Assembly (NCBI RefSeq): GCF_004010195.1
Contig: NC_057755.1
Span: 7,089,653-7,153,652, forward strand
Source of the DNA: Chiloscyllium plagiosum
Taxonomy: Eukaryota
Length of the DNA: 64,000 nt
Reading direction: 5' to 3'
Below, in pieces: positions 36,901 to 49,156 of this stretch. A model generated the notes under the pieces. The model saw only the letters and a list, made by a program, of their open reading frames with translations, made no database searches and was not told where the DNA came from. The first letter of the stretch is position 1; each line of letters starts with the position of its first letter. The position numbers and the translations under genes were made by a program.

Positions 36901-37475
36901 CTTGTTCTAACTTTCCCTTCAATTTCCTTCTTAAACATCCAGTTTGTCCCCTCCCCCCCCTCCATAGTTTAAACGCAGCTGTGTTGCGGTAGCAAACCTA
37001 CCTGCCAGAATGCTGGTGTAAACCGTCTCTCTTGTGTAATTTGTGCTTACCACAAAACATGCCCCAGTGATCCAAGAATTTAAATCCTTCCTTCCTGCAC
37101 CAGTCCCCAGTCACATGTTCAAGTCCATTATCTCCCTGTTTCTGGCCTCACCAGCCCGAGGAACTTGAAGCAAACTGGAGATAACCACCTTGGACGTCCT
37201 GCTTTTCAGCCTTCTTCCTAGTTCTCCGAATCCCACTGTAGTATGTTCCTCCTCTTCTTCCCGACACTGGAACACACCCATTCAAATAACAATCACTTAC
37301 CTTCCCGACCGGCTTTGCGCTCCGACCTCACTTCCGCCCAGCACCCGCCGTTCTCAGCTGCAAGAAGACCGCTGGCGTCGAGGTAAGTACTTAAATAACA
37401 ATCACTTACCTTCCCGACCGGCTTTGCGCTCCAACCTCACTTCCGCCCAGCACCCACCGTTCTCTGCTGCCACTC
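33932..37475 (-). mobile_element. CR1 LINE inserted in the Penelope element
   Basis: Endonuclease (YINARSI, GVIYRP, MGNFN, SSDHN) and RT (QHGFMKGKSCLTNLLEFF, RPHLEYCVQFWSP). caataga tail at 33932. 5' UTR carries a ~75-bp direct repeat (37284-37361, 37393-37470). ORF1 is largely deleted. Confidence 0.92.
35827..36037. mobile_element. Palindromic hammerhead-bearing element nested in the CR1
   Basis: ~95-bp near-perfect inverted arms. Minus-strand core CTGAAGA-A-GGGC-TTAT-GCCC-GAAA-CGTC is intact; plus-strand core is mutated to CTAAAGA. Confidence 0.85.
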
Positions 37476-38342
37476 TGCATTACTGCCTCTGCTAAGAACC
37501 CTGATATCGGAGATCCCATGGTGTTCCGTTCGTTTGTCTGTAAGTTTTGTTGTTGAATGCGTAGTTATTGGTAAGGCATAGGTTCTACTACCTCGACACT
37601 ATTCTCCTTGGGGATGAAGTTGGTGGTGTTTGGTGGATGTGTCTTTGGTGCATCTAATAGTGTAGTCACTGTTTCTTGGCCAGGTTGATGCTGATGGATG
37701 TGAACAGGACTGTTACGTCAAAGTACACCATTATTTCATCGTCTTCTAGCTTGGTGTCTTTGACGGTCTTCAGGAATTCTTGGGTGGAGTGGATGGAGTG
37801 GCGTGAGTCTTCTACTAAGTATTTTAGTCTTTGGTGTAGCGCCTTGGCCAATCTATAAGTTGGTGTTCCAGGTAGCGAGACTATGGTTTTGAGTGGGGCT
37901 CCTGGTTTGTTAATTTGGGCAATCCATCGAAGTGTGGTGTGTTAGATCCATCTGATTTCACTAATGTTTAACAAAATGCCTTGCAAGAACTGTAACAAAC
38001 ACTACATTGGACAAACAAGCAGAAAACTACCCACCAGGATACACGAACATCAACTAGGCACAAAACGATATGATCCTCTCTCACTAGTATCCTTCCATAC
38101 AGGTGAGGAAGGATACCACTTCGACTGGGACAACACATCCATCCTAGGATAAGTCAAAGAGAGGCACGCACGAGAATTCCTAGAAGCATGATATTCCAAC
38201 GAAACTCAATCAACAAACACATTGACTTGGATCTGTTTTATCACCCTCTGAGAAAACAACCGGAAATGATATCGCCGACTCAAGGCAGCCGAAACACATA
38301 AAAAGAAAGCCGGCTACATCACCAGTGCTCCCTTCAGAGGTT

Positions 38343-38379
38343 CACTGAAGATGTTACCTGTATGGTGACGAAACGTCTG
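38343..38379 (+). ncRNA. Minimal hammerhead ribozyme in a Penelope pLTR
   Basis: CA-CTGAAGA-T-GTTACC-tgtat-GGTGAC-GAAA-CGTC-TG; all core positions present, GUC cleavage triplet. Confidence 0.75.
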
Positions 38380-38714
38380 TAAACAAACCTCCATTCAGAA
38401 CCTCAACCTGAGCTGCAAATCTTCTCAAAGCTCTATAAGCTGTCGGATGCTAAAGGATGGGTGGAATGCATTCGCCATGACAATGTGGATGGATATAGGT
38501 GATACTATGTTGAGTAGAGCACTCTGTAATTAGTTGGAGTTGAACTATCAATGTCTTTGTTCCTGGACTTTTCAGGTTCGAAACGAATATTAGATTGCAT
38601 GAGACAGCTGTCACTCAGAGACCGCATTCAGTTGGACAGCGGATAGGTGAGTCACCCTTAATACCCTCTCCAATGGTTATGACGGCTACTGGTCACAGTT
38701 AGAGGCAAAAAAAA

Positions 38715-38915
38715 AGCCTTTGGATGCTGGAATCCAAAGTAGGCTAACAGGAGGCTAGAAAAGCACAGCAAGGCAGGCAGCATCAACAGGTGGAGAAGTC
38801 AACGTTTCAGGTGGAACCATTATTTTAGACTGGAGAAGTGTTATTCACGAAACGTTGCTTTCACCTCCTGATGCTGCCTGGCTTGCTGTGTTCTTTCAGT
38901 CTCCTATTTGTCTAC
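38715..38915. mobile_element. Degenerate inverted-arm element of the same Penelope-derived class
   Basis: aggcagcatcaacaggtggagaagtcaacgtttc ... gaaacgttgctttcacctcctgatgctgcct. Confidence 0.65.
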
Positions 38916-39299
38916 TGGGGGTCACAGCTCAGCCTTTCTTGTATTTACCAGCATGTCTCCGTGATGGCAGGTACCACAGGTCAGCTTCTTGTTTTTCCAG
39001 TGCTCTTTGTCTAAGGGTGGGCATTGGTTTAGCTGTTGTGTCAGCCTGTGACGTCGGTGGTCTGATTGGCTGATTCAGGTTTCAATCACTGCGTAGAGCT
39101 CTCTGATTGGCTGTCCCGCCCTTGGGCAGGTGTCAGTTTCTTTACCTTTTTATTAATTGAACTATTTGCTGCAATCAGGGGCTTCAATATTTTCTCGATC
39201 TGTTCTCAAAACTTGGACGGAGTCAATCCATAAATGAGGGTGTTTATGCCACAATTTAGGCTGAGCAACATCTATCCAATTTGTTGAAATATAAATTCA

Positions 39300-39960
39300 G
39301 AAAGTGCGTTGTTTCCTGTAATTTTAGTGTGCAGTGACCACATCTGCAGCAAAGTGTTGATTGCTCGAGGAACTTCGGCTCAGATTTGATGATTTGGAAT
39401 CTGAGTTTCGAGCACTCTGGCACATGTGGAAGGGGGTGAAGTACCTGGACGCATTGTTTCAGATGGTGGTCACATCTGGTAGATTAAGTGTTTCAAATTC
39501 AGTCATTAATCAGGGACAGCAGGGTGAGATTGGAAACGAGGTACGTGTGGGGCTTCTTAATTCAGGAATGGAGAAGATTGAGCTCTTGCCCTTGTCCAAC
39601 AGGAACTTGCTCCCTCTAAGATTGAGGAGAAGAGCTGTAGGGAGGATCAGCCCATTGACTACTGTACCATGCTATAGGAGGCCATTCAGGAGGTGGAGCA
39701 AAAAGACAAGTGGCAGTTGTCGGGGACTCAATACTTAGGGGGATTGATAGCATCTTTTCTCAGCAGTAACGATGAAATAGCAGAGGAATTGAATAAATAC
39801 TTTGCATCAGACTCCATGCTACCGGACACATTTAACAATACGAAATGATCACGAGAGAAAGGTGAAGAGGAAATACAGGCAATACCTGTCTCTAGAAAAG
39901 AATTACTCAGAAATCTCATGAATTTCGATATTGTCATGTCCCTTGGATCTGATGAGTCGT
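39300..39960 (+). mobile_element. Degenerate CR1 ORF1/ORF2 fragments
   Basis: CSKVxLLEELRLRFDDLESE coiled-coil remnant and EIAEELNKYFAS remnant. Confidence 0.65.
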
Positions 39961-40174
39961 TTTCAATGATCCGAGGTATCAGTCTAATATGAGCTTGTCA
40001 ACGGGTCAGTGCTGCTTCAGGTATCTGGAGGAGTGCCCAGCAATGTCAGAAGAATGTCAAAGGCCTTCTGCCTTCCATCAGTCAGTGTTCCATCATCATC
40101 ACTTTGATCCTCACACTGACTCTATCGCAACTAGGGCACCCACTTTCCACCAAGGCGCTCAATATTTTATTTTT

Positions 40175-40470
40175 CAGTGCGGAAACAGGCTGTACAGCCC
40201 AACCAGTCCACACCGACCCTCCGAAGAGTAACCCACCCAGACACATTTCCCTCTGATAATGCACCTAGCACGATGGGCTATTTAGCATGACCAATTCACC
40301 TCATCTGCACATCTTTGTGACTGTGGGAGGAAACTGGAGCAGCCAGAGAAAACCCACGCAGACACGGGGAGAATGTGCAAAACCCACACAGACAGTTACC
40401 CCGAGACTGGAATCGAACGTGGGACTATGCTGCAATGAGGCAGCAGCGCTAACCACTGAGCCACCGTAAC
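40175..40470 (-). mobile_element. HE1-type SINE
   Basis: Same consensus blocks as 25030-25348. Confidence 0.85.
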
Positions 40471-40724
40471 GCTCTAACATCTTCCCTACTTACTGTCAGA
40501 TATCCCACCCCAGACCCAACTCAACCTGCTGCCCACTCACTGATAGGTCAGAACGCTTCTTAAATTGTGACTGCACTGAATGGCACATCAAAACACAATG
40601 GTTCAGTTCCATTCTCCATTGACTGATAATACAAGTGGAACGTGATCAAAGGGATCAGGCATCTAACTCCACTCAACGATTCATGCTCAATGCAATGTTA
40701 TGTAGAATTGCATTAAAACTTCAA

Positions 40725-40756
40725 TTAGGTTGCCGGTTCAATTCCGGCTCGAAGGA
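40725..40756 (+). pseudogene. 3' half of tRNA-Tyr (fragment)
   Basis: ttaggttgccggttcaattccggctcgaagga closely matches the vertebrate tRNA-Tyr 3' end TTAGGTCGCTGGTTCGATTCCGGCTCGAAGGA. No CCA; followed by a short trailer and TTTT runs. Confidence 0.7.
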
Positions 40757-40779
40757 GCCGGAGCCGCTTTTACTTTTGT

Positions 40780-41075
40780 GGGCGGCACAGTGGTTAGCAC
40801 TGCTGCCTCACAGCGCCAGAGACCCAGGTTCAATTCCTGCCTCAGGCGACTCTCTGTGCGGAGTTTGCACATACTCCCCGTGTCTGCGTGCTCCGGTTTC
40901 CTCCTGCAATCTAAAAATGTGCAGGTTAGGTGAATTGGTCAGGCTAAATTGCCTGTAGTGTTAGGTGAAGGGGTAAATGTAGGGGAATGGGTCTAGGTGG
41001 GTTGCACTTCAGTGGGTTGGTGAGGACTTGTTGGGCCGAAGGGCCTATTTCCATACTGTAAGTAATCTTATCTAA
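40780..41075 (+). mobile_element. HE1-type SINE
   Basis: tRNA head with B box ggttcaattcc and a taatc tail. Confidence 0.9.
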
Positions 41076-42094
41076 TCATTTAACACAATGACGTTAATTT
41101 GATTAATCTCTGATACAACATGGCATGACCCTTCACCAATATTATAACATGACCATTCTGTAAGCCTGCACGTTGGAAGTCGTGGTTTATTAGCAGTTAC
41201 AGATATCAGATAAAAACACAAATGCAATTCAAATCCATAGACTTAATCATGCGATGTTATTAATTGTGTGCACTTGTAATGGTGACAACTAGATTAGTAG
41301 AAAACATTGTGAATCACAGAAGAAAAGTAGAGAGCAGCTGCCATAGGTTCACACAACTTCACTGGTTATCGTGACTTACAAGGCATTCCAATATCAGCAC
41401 GAATCATGTGACATATTTTCAATTGATCAAGACATTACCAATGTGAAAGGCCGAATTACACTGAGCTACAGACAACCTCTCCCTGTTTTCAGTGGTGAAG
41501 AGTACAACTCCCCAAGCCTTTCACTTATAGCCTATGAGACTCCTCCTGTAAAATGGGGAATAATGCCCCTGTGCCTCTTCCATTCTTTCTCTTCTCCTTT
41601 CTTATGCTGTCTCTCCCCAAATTAGACTCATTCCTTCTGCAATATGGCGAATAATCTACCCTTACCTCTGTCTCTCTCCATCTCTCCATTTTCCTGCACC
41701 CATGGTACCTTTTGTTTGTGTCTATCTGTCTGTTTATGTGTCAAGATCTTTAAGAAGGTGTCGAGTTTACGTTAGAGAAGTCTATGTTCTTATTTCACGC
41801 TATATTTGACTGGGGTTAAGGCTGTTTTATCTGTGGTTGCTTGTTAAATGCCAAAGCCTGTTTTCTGTTAGTCCATGTTAATCAGATCGAAGAGTTTGGG
41901 CCATTGAATAAGTTGATTCTTATGCGTTTAAGCAATGTGTGAAGTAATGGGCCCTATGTATTAGCATCCTTTCCTACAAGGGATTCTGGGTTGTTTGTGC
42001 CATTCACGGCGTTGATATTGGGGAATATATTAACTTGGATGGAGTGCCATTTGGTGGCTCCTTCTTCCTGGAGTGAATCTAGTGGAATTGTAGC

Positions 42095-42295
42095 CAAGGT
42101 TAGAGTGGTGCTAGAAAAGCATAGCAGGTCAGGCAGAATCTGAGGAGCAAGAAAATCGACGTTTCGGGCAAAAGCCCTTGCTGATGAAAAGTCGATTTTC
42201 GTATTCGTCGGATGCGGCCTGACCTGCAGTGCTTTTCCAGCACCGCTCTAATCTTGACTCTGATCTCCAGCATCTGCAGTATCCAGTTCTGTCTC
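42095..42295. mobile_element. Inverted-arm hammerhead-class element with a damaged core
   Basis: Arms are inverted around gcccttgctgatgaaaagtcg; imperfect flanking repeat gtggaattg/gtggagttg. Confidence 0.75.
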
Positions 42296-42539
42296 GTGGA
42301 GTTGAGGTCCATTTCTCAGGTTTATTCGTGAAAATGGGGCGGCATGGCTGGGGGCGGGGTGTGGTTTCTGTGGCCATATTGTTGGCTGTTCCTGCATGGA
42401 ACTAAATCCTGAGACCAAAATATGGCACCCCAAAGTTTGACAGACCCAGGTTTAGTGAGACAGAGAGAGGGAAAAGATGCGAGAGGACAAGGAGAGCGAT
42501 AGTGAGTGAAAGAGAAAGAAAAACAAACAAGCAAGAGAT

Positions 42540-43226
42540 TTGACTTGATTTGATTTGATATTATTCATTACTGTAACATGTACCTAAGTATAGTGAAAAG
42601 ATTTGTTTTGCATGCAGATCATAACATATGAAGGCACAAGATCATAAGGTGATTGCAAAGAGCAAGGAAATAAAAGTTCTGGCTGCAAAGAAGGTGCACA
42701 AAAAGCAAGATCAACTTTAGACTTGAAATTTGAGAGGTCTATTCAGCAAACTAAATACAGCAGGCGAGAGGTTGTCCTTGAATCTGTTGGACTGTGTATT
42801 TAAGCTTCTGTATTTTCTGCCTGATAAAGACGGTGGAAGACATTGTTACAGGGTTGGGAAGGGCTTTTGATGATGTTGCCATGCCTCTTTTTGGTAATGA
42901 GAAGTGTAAATGGAGTCGATGGATGGAAGGTTGGCTTACGTGGAAGCATCAGCTATGTTCAGAACTTTCTATGGTGTCTTGCGCTCCTGGTCAGAGCAAT
43001 TGCTGTACCAAGCCATGATACATTCAAATAGAATGGTGAATCTGTAGAAGTCGATGAGAGTGCTTAGGCACATGTCAAATTTACTTAGCGGCTTCAGAAG
43101 AAGAGGCGTTATTGTACTTTCTTGAATGCTGCATCAACATGGGTAGTTCAGGACAGATTGCTGGTGATCGCCACTCCTGGGAATTTGACTCTGTAGAACA
43201 TCTGCACCTCAGCTCCGTTGATGTAA
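42540..43226 (-). mobile_element. Degenerate non-LTR retroelement 3' fragment (Rex1/L2-like, clade uncertain)
   Basis: (ttgat)n tail at ~42540 and a reverse-strand FPG/KFLG-like RT remnant near 43175. Confidence 0.45.
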
Positions 43227-43900
43227 AAGGTGGATGGAGTGGTCAAGAAGGCATATGGTATGCTTGCCATCATCGGATGGGGTATTGAGTATAAGAGCTG
43301 GCAGGTCATGTTAAAATTATACAAGACATTGGTTCGGCCGTATTTAAAATATTGTGTACAGTTCTGGTCGCCACATTACCAAAAGGATGTAGATGCTTTG
43401 GAGAGGATGCAGAGAAGGTTTATGAGGATGTTACCTGGTATGGAAGGTGCTAGCTATGAAGAGACTTTGAGTAGATAAGGTTTGTTTTCATGAGAAAAAG
43501 GATATTGGGAGGGACATGATTGAGGTTTCCAAAATTATGAAGGGTGTAGACAGGGTAGATAGAGATAAGCGTTTTCCAAGGGTGAGGGATTCAATAACGA
43601 GAGATCATGCTTTCAAGGTGAGAGGTGAAACTTTTAAGGGGGATACACGCGGCAAGTACTTTACATAGAGGGTGGTGGGTGTCTGGAACGCGTTGCCAGC
43701 AGAGGTGGTAGAGGCAGGCGTGGTAGATTCATTTAAGATGCGTCTGGACAGATGCAGGAGTAGGTGGGGAGCAGAGGTATACGGATGCTTAGGAATTGGG
43801 CGGCAGGTTCAGACAGTACATTTTGATCGGCTAAGTCTTGGAGGGCCGAAGGGCCTGTTCCGAGGCTGTTAATTTTCTTTGTTCTCTTAGTTCTTTGTAA
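43227..43900 (+). mobile_element. CR1 3' fragment, closely related to the 10632-14390 copy
   Basis: [30 protein letters not shown]; ttctttg tail. Confidence 0.9.
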
Positions 43901-43901
43901 G

Positions 43902-44250
43902 CTAGAGAGAAAAGGCAAGACAGAAAGATCGAATGTAAAAATGCGAGACAAAATAACAAGAAGGAAAAGCCAAGCAAGTGAGAATGAGAAAGAAGGGGCG
44001 AGAGAGAACAGAGTGATTGAGTGAGTGAGTGTGAGGGAGAAAGCTGGAGAGTGATAGAGAGAAAGAGTAAGCAGGAAAGTACAAATGATCAAGAGAAAAC
44101 GGGTATGGCAGAGGAAGAAAATGAAAGAGGGAGTGAAATGGTCCAAAGAGCAAGAGAGAGAACGAGAGTCGGAAAGTCAAGAGAGGAAGGATGACTGCAA
44201 GACAGAGACACAATAGTGAATGTCAATGGAAAAGAAGGGAGAATGGAATA
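43902..44250. repeat. GA-rich low-complexity tract
   Basis: Purine-rich degenerate (AG)n. Confidence 0.85.
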
Positions 44251-44689
44251 AAGTTCATAAGTCATTTGGAGATCCAGTGCAAGCACAATGATCAGCATAC
44301 CAAGTCCACCGGAACAAATCTGAAGCAGTCACTATGATGATATTGGACTCTGATATCCAAACAAGTGGATAAAAGATGGATATCAAAGTAAGGAATAACG
44401 ATTCAATTAGCATAAATTGTCCACCCTTATTTGCTGAGAGAGCATTTAAAATCAACCATATTTTTGCGAGTCTAGTCACATGTAGGTCTGGGTGGGTGGG
44501 GAATGTACTTTCCTTCTCTGAAGGACATTAGTGAACCAGATGAGTTTTTCCAACAATTAACAATGGTTTCGTGGTCATCACTGACTTCATACTTTCTGAT
44601 TTTTATTAGATCCAAAGTCCACCAAGTTCCATGACAGGATATAAAGTCCGGCACCCAGAACATTAACCGCCTGGATTCACTGTCTAGAA

Positions 44690-45940
44690 TACATCATAGA
44701 TTCACCGACATGTACAGTATAGGAACTGGCCCTTCGGTCCAACTCGTCTATGCTGACCAGATATCCTGAATAAAATTAGTCTCATTTGCCACCATTTGGC
44801 CCATATCCCTCTACACCCTTCCTATTCATGTACTCATTTAGCTGCCTTTTCAACGTTGTAATTGTACCAGCCTCCACCACTTCCTCTGGCAATTCATTAC
44901 ATACAGGTACATCCACAACATGGAAAAGCTGCCCCTTTGGCGCCTTTTAAATTTTCCCCTGTTACCTTAAACTACTGTCCTCTAGTTTTGTACTTTCTCA
45001 CCCTGAGGAAAAGACCCTGACTAGTCACTCTATCCATGACTCGCATGATATTCAAAACTTTTATTAAGTCAGCCCTGAGCCTCCGACGTTCCAAGTAAAA
45101 TAGCTTCAGCCTAATCAGGCTCTCTCTATACCTCAAACCTTCCAACCCTGGCAACACCTTGGTGAATCTTCCCTGCACCCTTTCAAGTTGCACATCTTTC
45201 CTATTGCGGGGAGAATGGAATTGAACACAGTGTTCCAAAAGTGGCCGAAACAATGCCCTGTTCAGCCTCAGCATGACATTCCAACTGCTGTAGGAAATGC
45301 ACTGACCAATAAAGGCAAGTTTACGAAGCGCCTACTTTACCACCCTGTCTACCTGCGACTCCACTTTCAAGGAACTATGAACCTGTACTGCAAAGTCTCT
45401 TGTTTGGCAGCACTCCTCAGGACTTTCCCATTAAGTGTATAAGTCCTGCCCTGATTTGACCTCCCCAAAATGCAGCACCTCACATTTATCTAAATTAAGC
45501 TCCATCTACCACTTCATGGCTTTGCCCATTTGATCAACGTCCCATTTTACTCTGAGGTATCCTCCTTTGCTGTCCATAACATCATCAATTTTTGTGTCAT
45601 CTACAAACTTATCAACTATGCCTCCTATATTCACAGACAAACCATTTACATAAATAATGATGCAAAGTAGTGGACCAAACACTGACCCTTGTGTTACACC
45701 TCTGGTTACAGGCCGCCAGTCTGAAAAGCAACCCTTCACCACCACTATCCTCTGATTCCTATCTTCGATGCAATTGTGTATCCGAATGATTAGTTTTCCC
45801 TTGATTCCGTGTGATTAACCCTGTTAACCAGTCTACCATGTGGGACATTGTTGAAAGCCTTACTGAAGTCCATATAGACAATGTCCGCTGCTCTGCCCTC
45901 ATCAATCCTCTTTGTCACTTCTTTAAAATTCTCAATCAAG
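44690..45940 (-). mobile_element. 5'-truncated CR1 LINE
   Basis: GVTQGSVFGPLL, KFVDDTKI and RPLLEHCVQF remnants. Confidence 0.88.
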
Positions 45941-46584
45941 TTAGTCCACTGCACCATCGATTCCCCTTAGTCATTGCTGTTTGCAGATTTAAGGCTCATT
46001 AGGACTTCAATCAATATCTAGAGCTGAAGGAACAAGTCTAGTTAAGTTGTCAAAATTATACTTTGTTTATCCTTTGAAAATGAGTGAGTTGATCCCCAGG
46101 CCTTTGTCAGCAGTGGTTCAAACACTGGCTAGAGCAGGTAGGATCCCATTGAATATAAGAACTGTTCATTGATGCTGAATCCTAATGCTGTTCCTTAGTT
46201 CCTATGTTCAGTAATCCTGAAGTGAAACATATGATTCGGAGTATGCGCCGTTTGAATTGAACTTACATTCGGAGTCAACAGCAATGTTCTTCCAATACAT
46301 GGATCTGCTGTCTATTAACTTTCTGCTGGACTATCAATCTAATTCTAATGATACTTTAATGGAAGATACTGACAGAATTGTATAAAATTATGAGCGACAT
46401 GCACAGTGTGAAGAGAAAACCGTCATTTCTCTTCGTTGAAGCATCAATACCAAGCAGATATAATTTTCAGTGAAAGGTACGCAGTCTAAAGCTGATACAA
46501 GGAAATTCTTTTCAGGAAGAGAGTGGTGGGAGGATAGTTGAGAGAGTGATCTGCTTTCACACTGTTGGGATTATTTTATTCTTT

Positions 46585-46850
46585 GATTACAAGTGAGGTC
46601 AGTGATATTAAGAGTGACATTAAGGGTGAGGTCAGTGATGTATCCAGATGGATAGTGACAATAGGATTTAGGCGAATGATGTATTTGTATGGTCAGTGGC
46701 AATAAGCGTGGGGTCAGTGAAGTATCTGGATGGAGAGTGAGATTAAGAATAAGGTAAGTGATTTTTTTTCTGGATGACAATCAAAATAAGAGAGATGTCT
46801 ATGATGTGTGGGGGTGGTGAATGACAATAAAAGTGAGGCCGGTGATGTCT
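46585..46850. repeat. Degenerate ~41-bp minisatellite (~7 units)
   Basis: Recurrent AGTGACAATAAG..TGAGGTCAGTGATGTAT.TGGATGG-like unit. Confidence 0.7.
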
Positions 46851-47089
46851 TCATTGTTGAAAACCCATCGTATTCACTGAATCCCCTTCTCTCAGGAAAG
46901 GCATGATGTTCTCCTAACTTCTTCCACAAGGTGACTCCAGATACTGGGCAATGGGTGGTGGGGGATAAATGTTGACTTCCCAGAAACTCACACATCCATG
47001 TTGTGAGAAGAAATACATTTCAATCAGCGAGTGAAATCCTCTTGTTTAAAGAAGGCGGCTGCTACCCTAGAATACAGAAGAATAGCTCT

Positions 47090-47372
47090 GAGATTAGATT
47101 ACTTACAGTGTGGAAACAGGCCCTTCGGCCCAACAAATCCACACCCACCCAGACCCATTCCCCCACATTTACCCCTTCACCCAATACTATGGGCAATTTA
47201 GCTTGGCCAATTCACCTAACCTGCACATTTTTGTGATCGTGGGAAGAAACCCATACAGACGTGGGGAGAGTGCGCAAACTCCACACAGACAGTTATCTGA
47301 CAGGTGGGAATTGAACTCAGGCTCTCTGGCGCTGTGAGGTCGCAGTGCTAATCACTGAGCCACTGTGCCACC
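47090..47372 (-). mobile_element. HE1-type SINE
   Basis: agattagatt tail and HE1 body blocks. Confidence 0.85.
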
Positions 47373-47629
47373 CATATAGTGCAAATTTGGAATATGCTGC
47401 CCCAATGCAGCTTAGGTTGAAACAACTTGTGACCTTGGGATGGGGCTCACTGTTGTTTGAGAGGATAGTGTTATTGGTGGAAGATTTCAGATTCAGTTTT
47501 TATTACTTCATAATGATATACTCAGGAGCAACACTCCTGCATGATTAGGATTAAGCTTGTTTTTAAATTAGTTTATTAATTTACAGAAATTTGGAAAACA
47601 GCAACAAAGCTGAGAATTCTGCAACTTCG

Positions 47630-48070
47630 ATCTCCCAAAACATCCACATCTTTCCTATAATAGGGCGACCAGAACTGGACACAGTATTCCAAGTGTGGTC
47701 TCACCAAAGTTTTATAGAGCTGCAACAAGATCTCACTGCTCTTAAACTCAACCCCCCTGTTAATGAAAGCCAAAACACCATATGCTTTCTTAACAACCCT
47801 GTCCACTTGGGTGGCAATTTTAAGGGATCTATGTACCTGCACCCCAAGATCCCTCCGTTCCTCCACACTGCCAAGAATCCTGTACTCAACTTTCAAGTTC
47901 GACCTTCCAAAATGCATCACCCCGCATTTATCCAGGTTGAACTCTATCTGCCACCTCTCAGCCCATCTCTGCATCCTGTCAATGTCCCGTTGCAGCCTAC
48001 AACAGCCCTCTATACTGTCAACGACACCTCCAACCTTTGTGTCGTCTGCAAACTTGATAACCCAGCCTTC
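47630..48070 (-). mobile_element. CR1 RT fragment
   Basis: WAERWQIEFNLDKC...RPHLEYCVQFWSPYY. Confidence 0.9.
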
Positions 48071-49156
48071 TGTTCTGTTACCTGTTCCGGTTTTTTATGT
48101 TTTGATGGACTGAGAGCTCTTGCAAGTTAGTTATGAGGAAGGGTAGCTGGACCCAAAACGTTAACTCTGCTTTCCCTCCCACAGACATTACCAGACGGGC
48201 TGAGCTATTTCTGTTTTTGTTATACAAGTAAGGTGTATTTACACTCTAATTTTAAAGATTAAGGAGTGATCTGTTCCTCGTCTCCAAAATATGAAGAAGG
48301 CAAGACAGAGTCGATACAGATGAACTATTTCCACTGTTTAGGAATTCTAGAATGAGGGAGCATAGTCTAAGAATAAGACAGTTCCAGAGAGCTGTTAGTA
48401 AACACAACGGGTGTGAGATTTTTGGACCTCATGTCCACGAATCAGCTCATGGCAGTGAATGGTGGATGAGGTTGAATTTTAAATCTGAGATAGATGTTTT
48501 TTGTTAAGCGAAGGAATTGAGGGATATGTGTCCCTTTTTGAGATGTAAACCTTCATCTTACCATCTTTTCTGGAAATTTATTCTTCCTTACAATCTCTGG
48601 TCAGTAGATTAACAGGTTACTCTACAGGTTCCTCCAAGTCAAGGCATTTGTCATGTATAGACATATAGATGTCCAGTGTAAATACTACAACTGTCCTCCT
48701 ATGCACACAATGCCACTAATGGATCCCTGCGTGCTGTTATCCTGTACTAGTCTAGGAAACAGCGACGAGTCTTGTTTGAAATCATATACATGTTTTGATG
48801 ATCTGTTTCCTGGTTTTGTTGTGGCCCTGATCAAGATTTGGTCCAATGCTAAGAGCATGGGATGACCTTATCCAAGGTGAACGGGTGAGTTTGGCTTATT
48901 GACAGTCCAGTCGCCAGTCCTACGACTGAGATGTGAGTGAGTTTCCGAATAGGGTTGTGCCCCTGCCAAATTTGAAGATGTGAACTGCAAGAATTGATCG
49001 CAATCATTCAAATAGTTACTGTGCAAACAAACAAAATCAGAGACTTCCTTCTGCTCTCCTAGGAGGGGGCAATGAGTGCAGTCCCTGTCCAAACTCCATG
49101 ATCGGTGGAATTATTGGGCTGGAGGACAACCTGAGGGGTGTGTGAAAGTATTAAGG

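Larger units (their letters stand above)
32820..38434 (-). mobile_element. Penelope-like retroelement (RT + GIY-YIG) with an inverted 3' duplication, split by a CR1
   Basis: Minus strand: RT motifs YFDVTVLFTSI (37666-37851) and WVCYVDYTFV (~33865-33895), GIY-YIG remnant near 33100-33310. Plus-strand inverted copy: CKNCNKHYIGQTSRKLPTRIHEH (37964-38152) plus pLTR. Flanks share ataagctgt (32811-32819, 38435-38443). Confidence 0.88.

Noticed and set aside
40741..40756. tRNA-Tyr primer-binding site of an LTR element
   Set aside because: It lacks the TGG complementary to CCA, extends beyond 18 nt of tRNA sequence and has no adjacent LTR.
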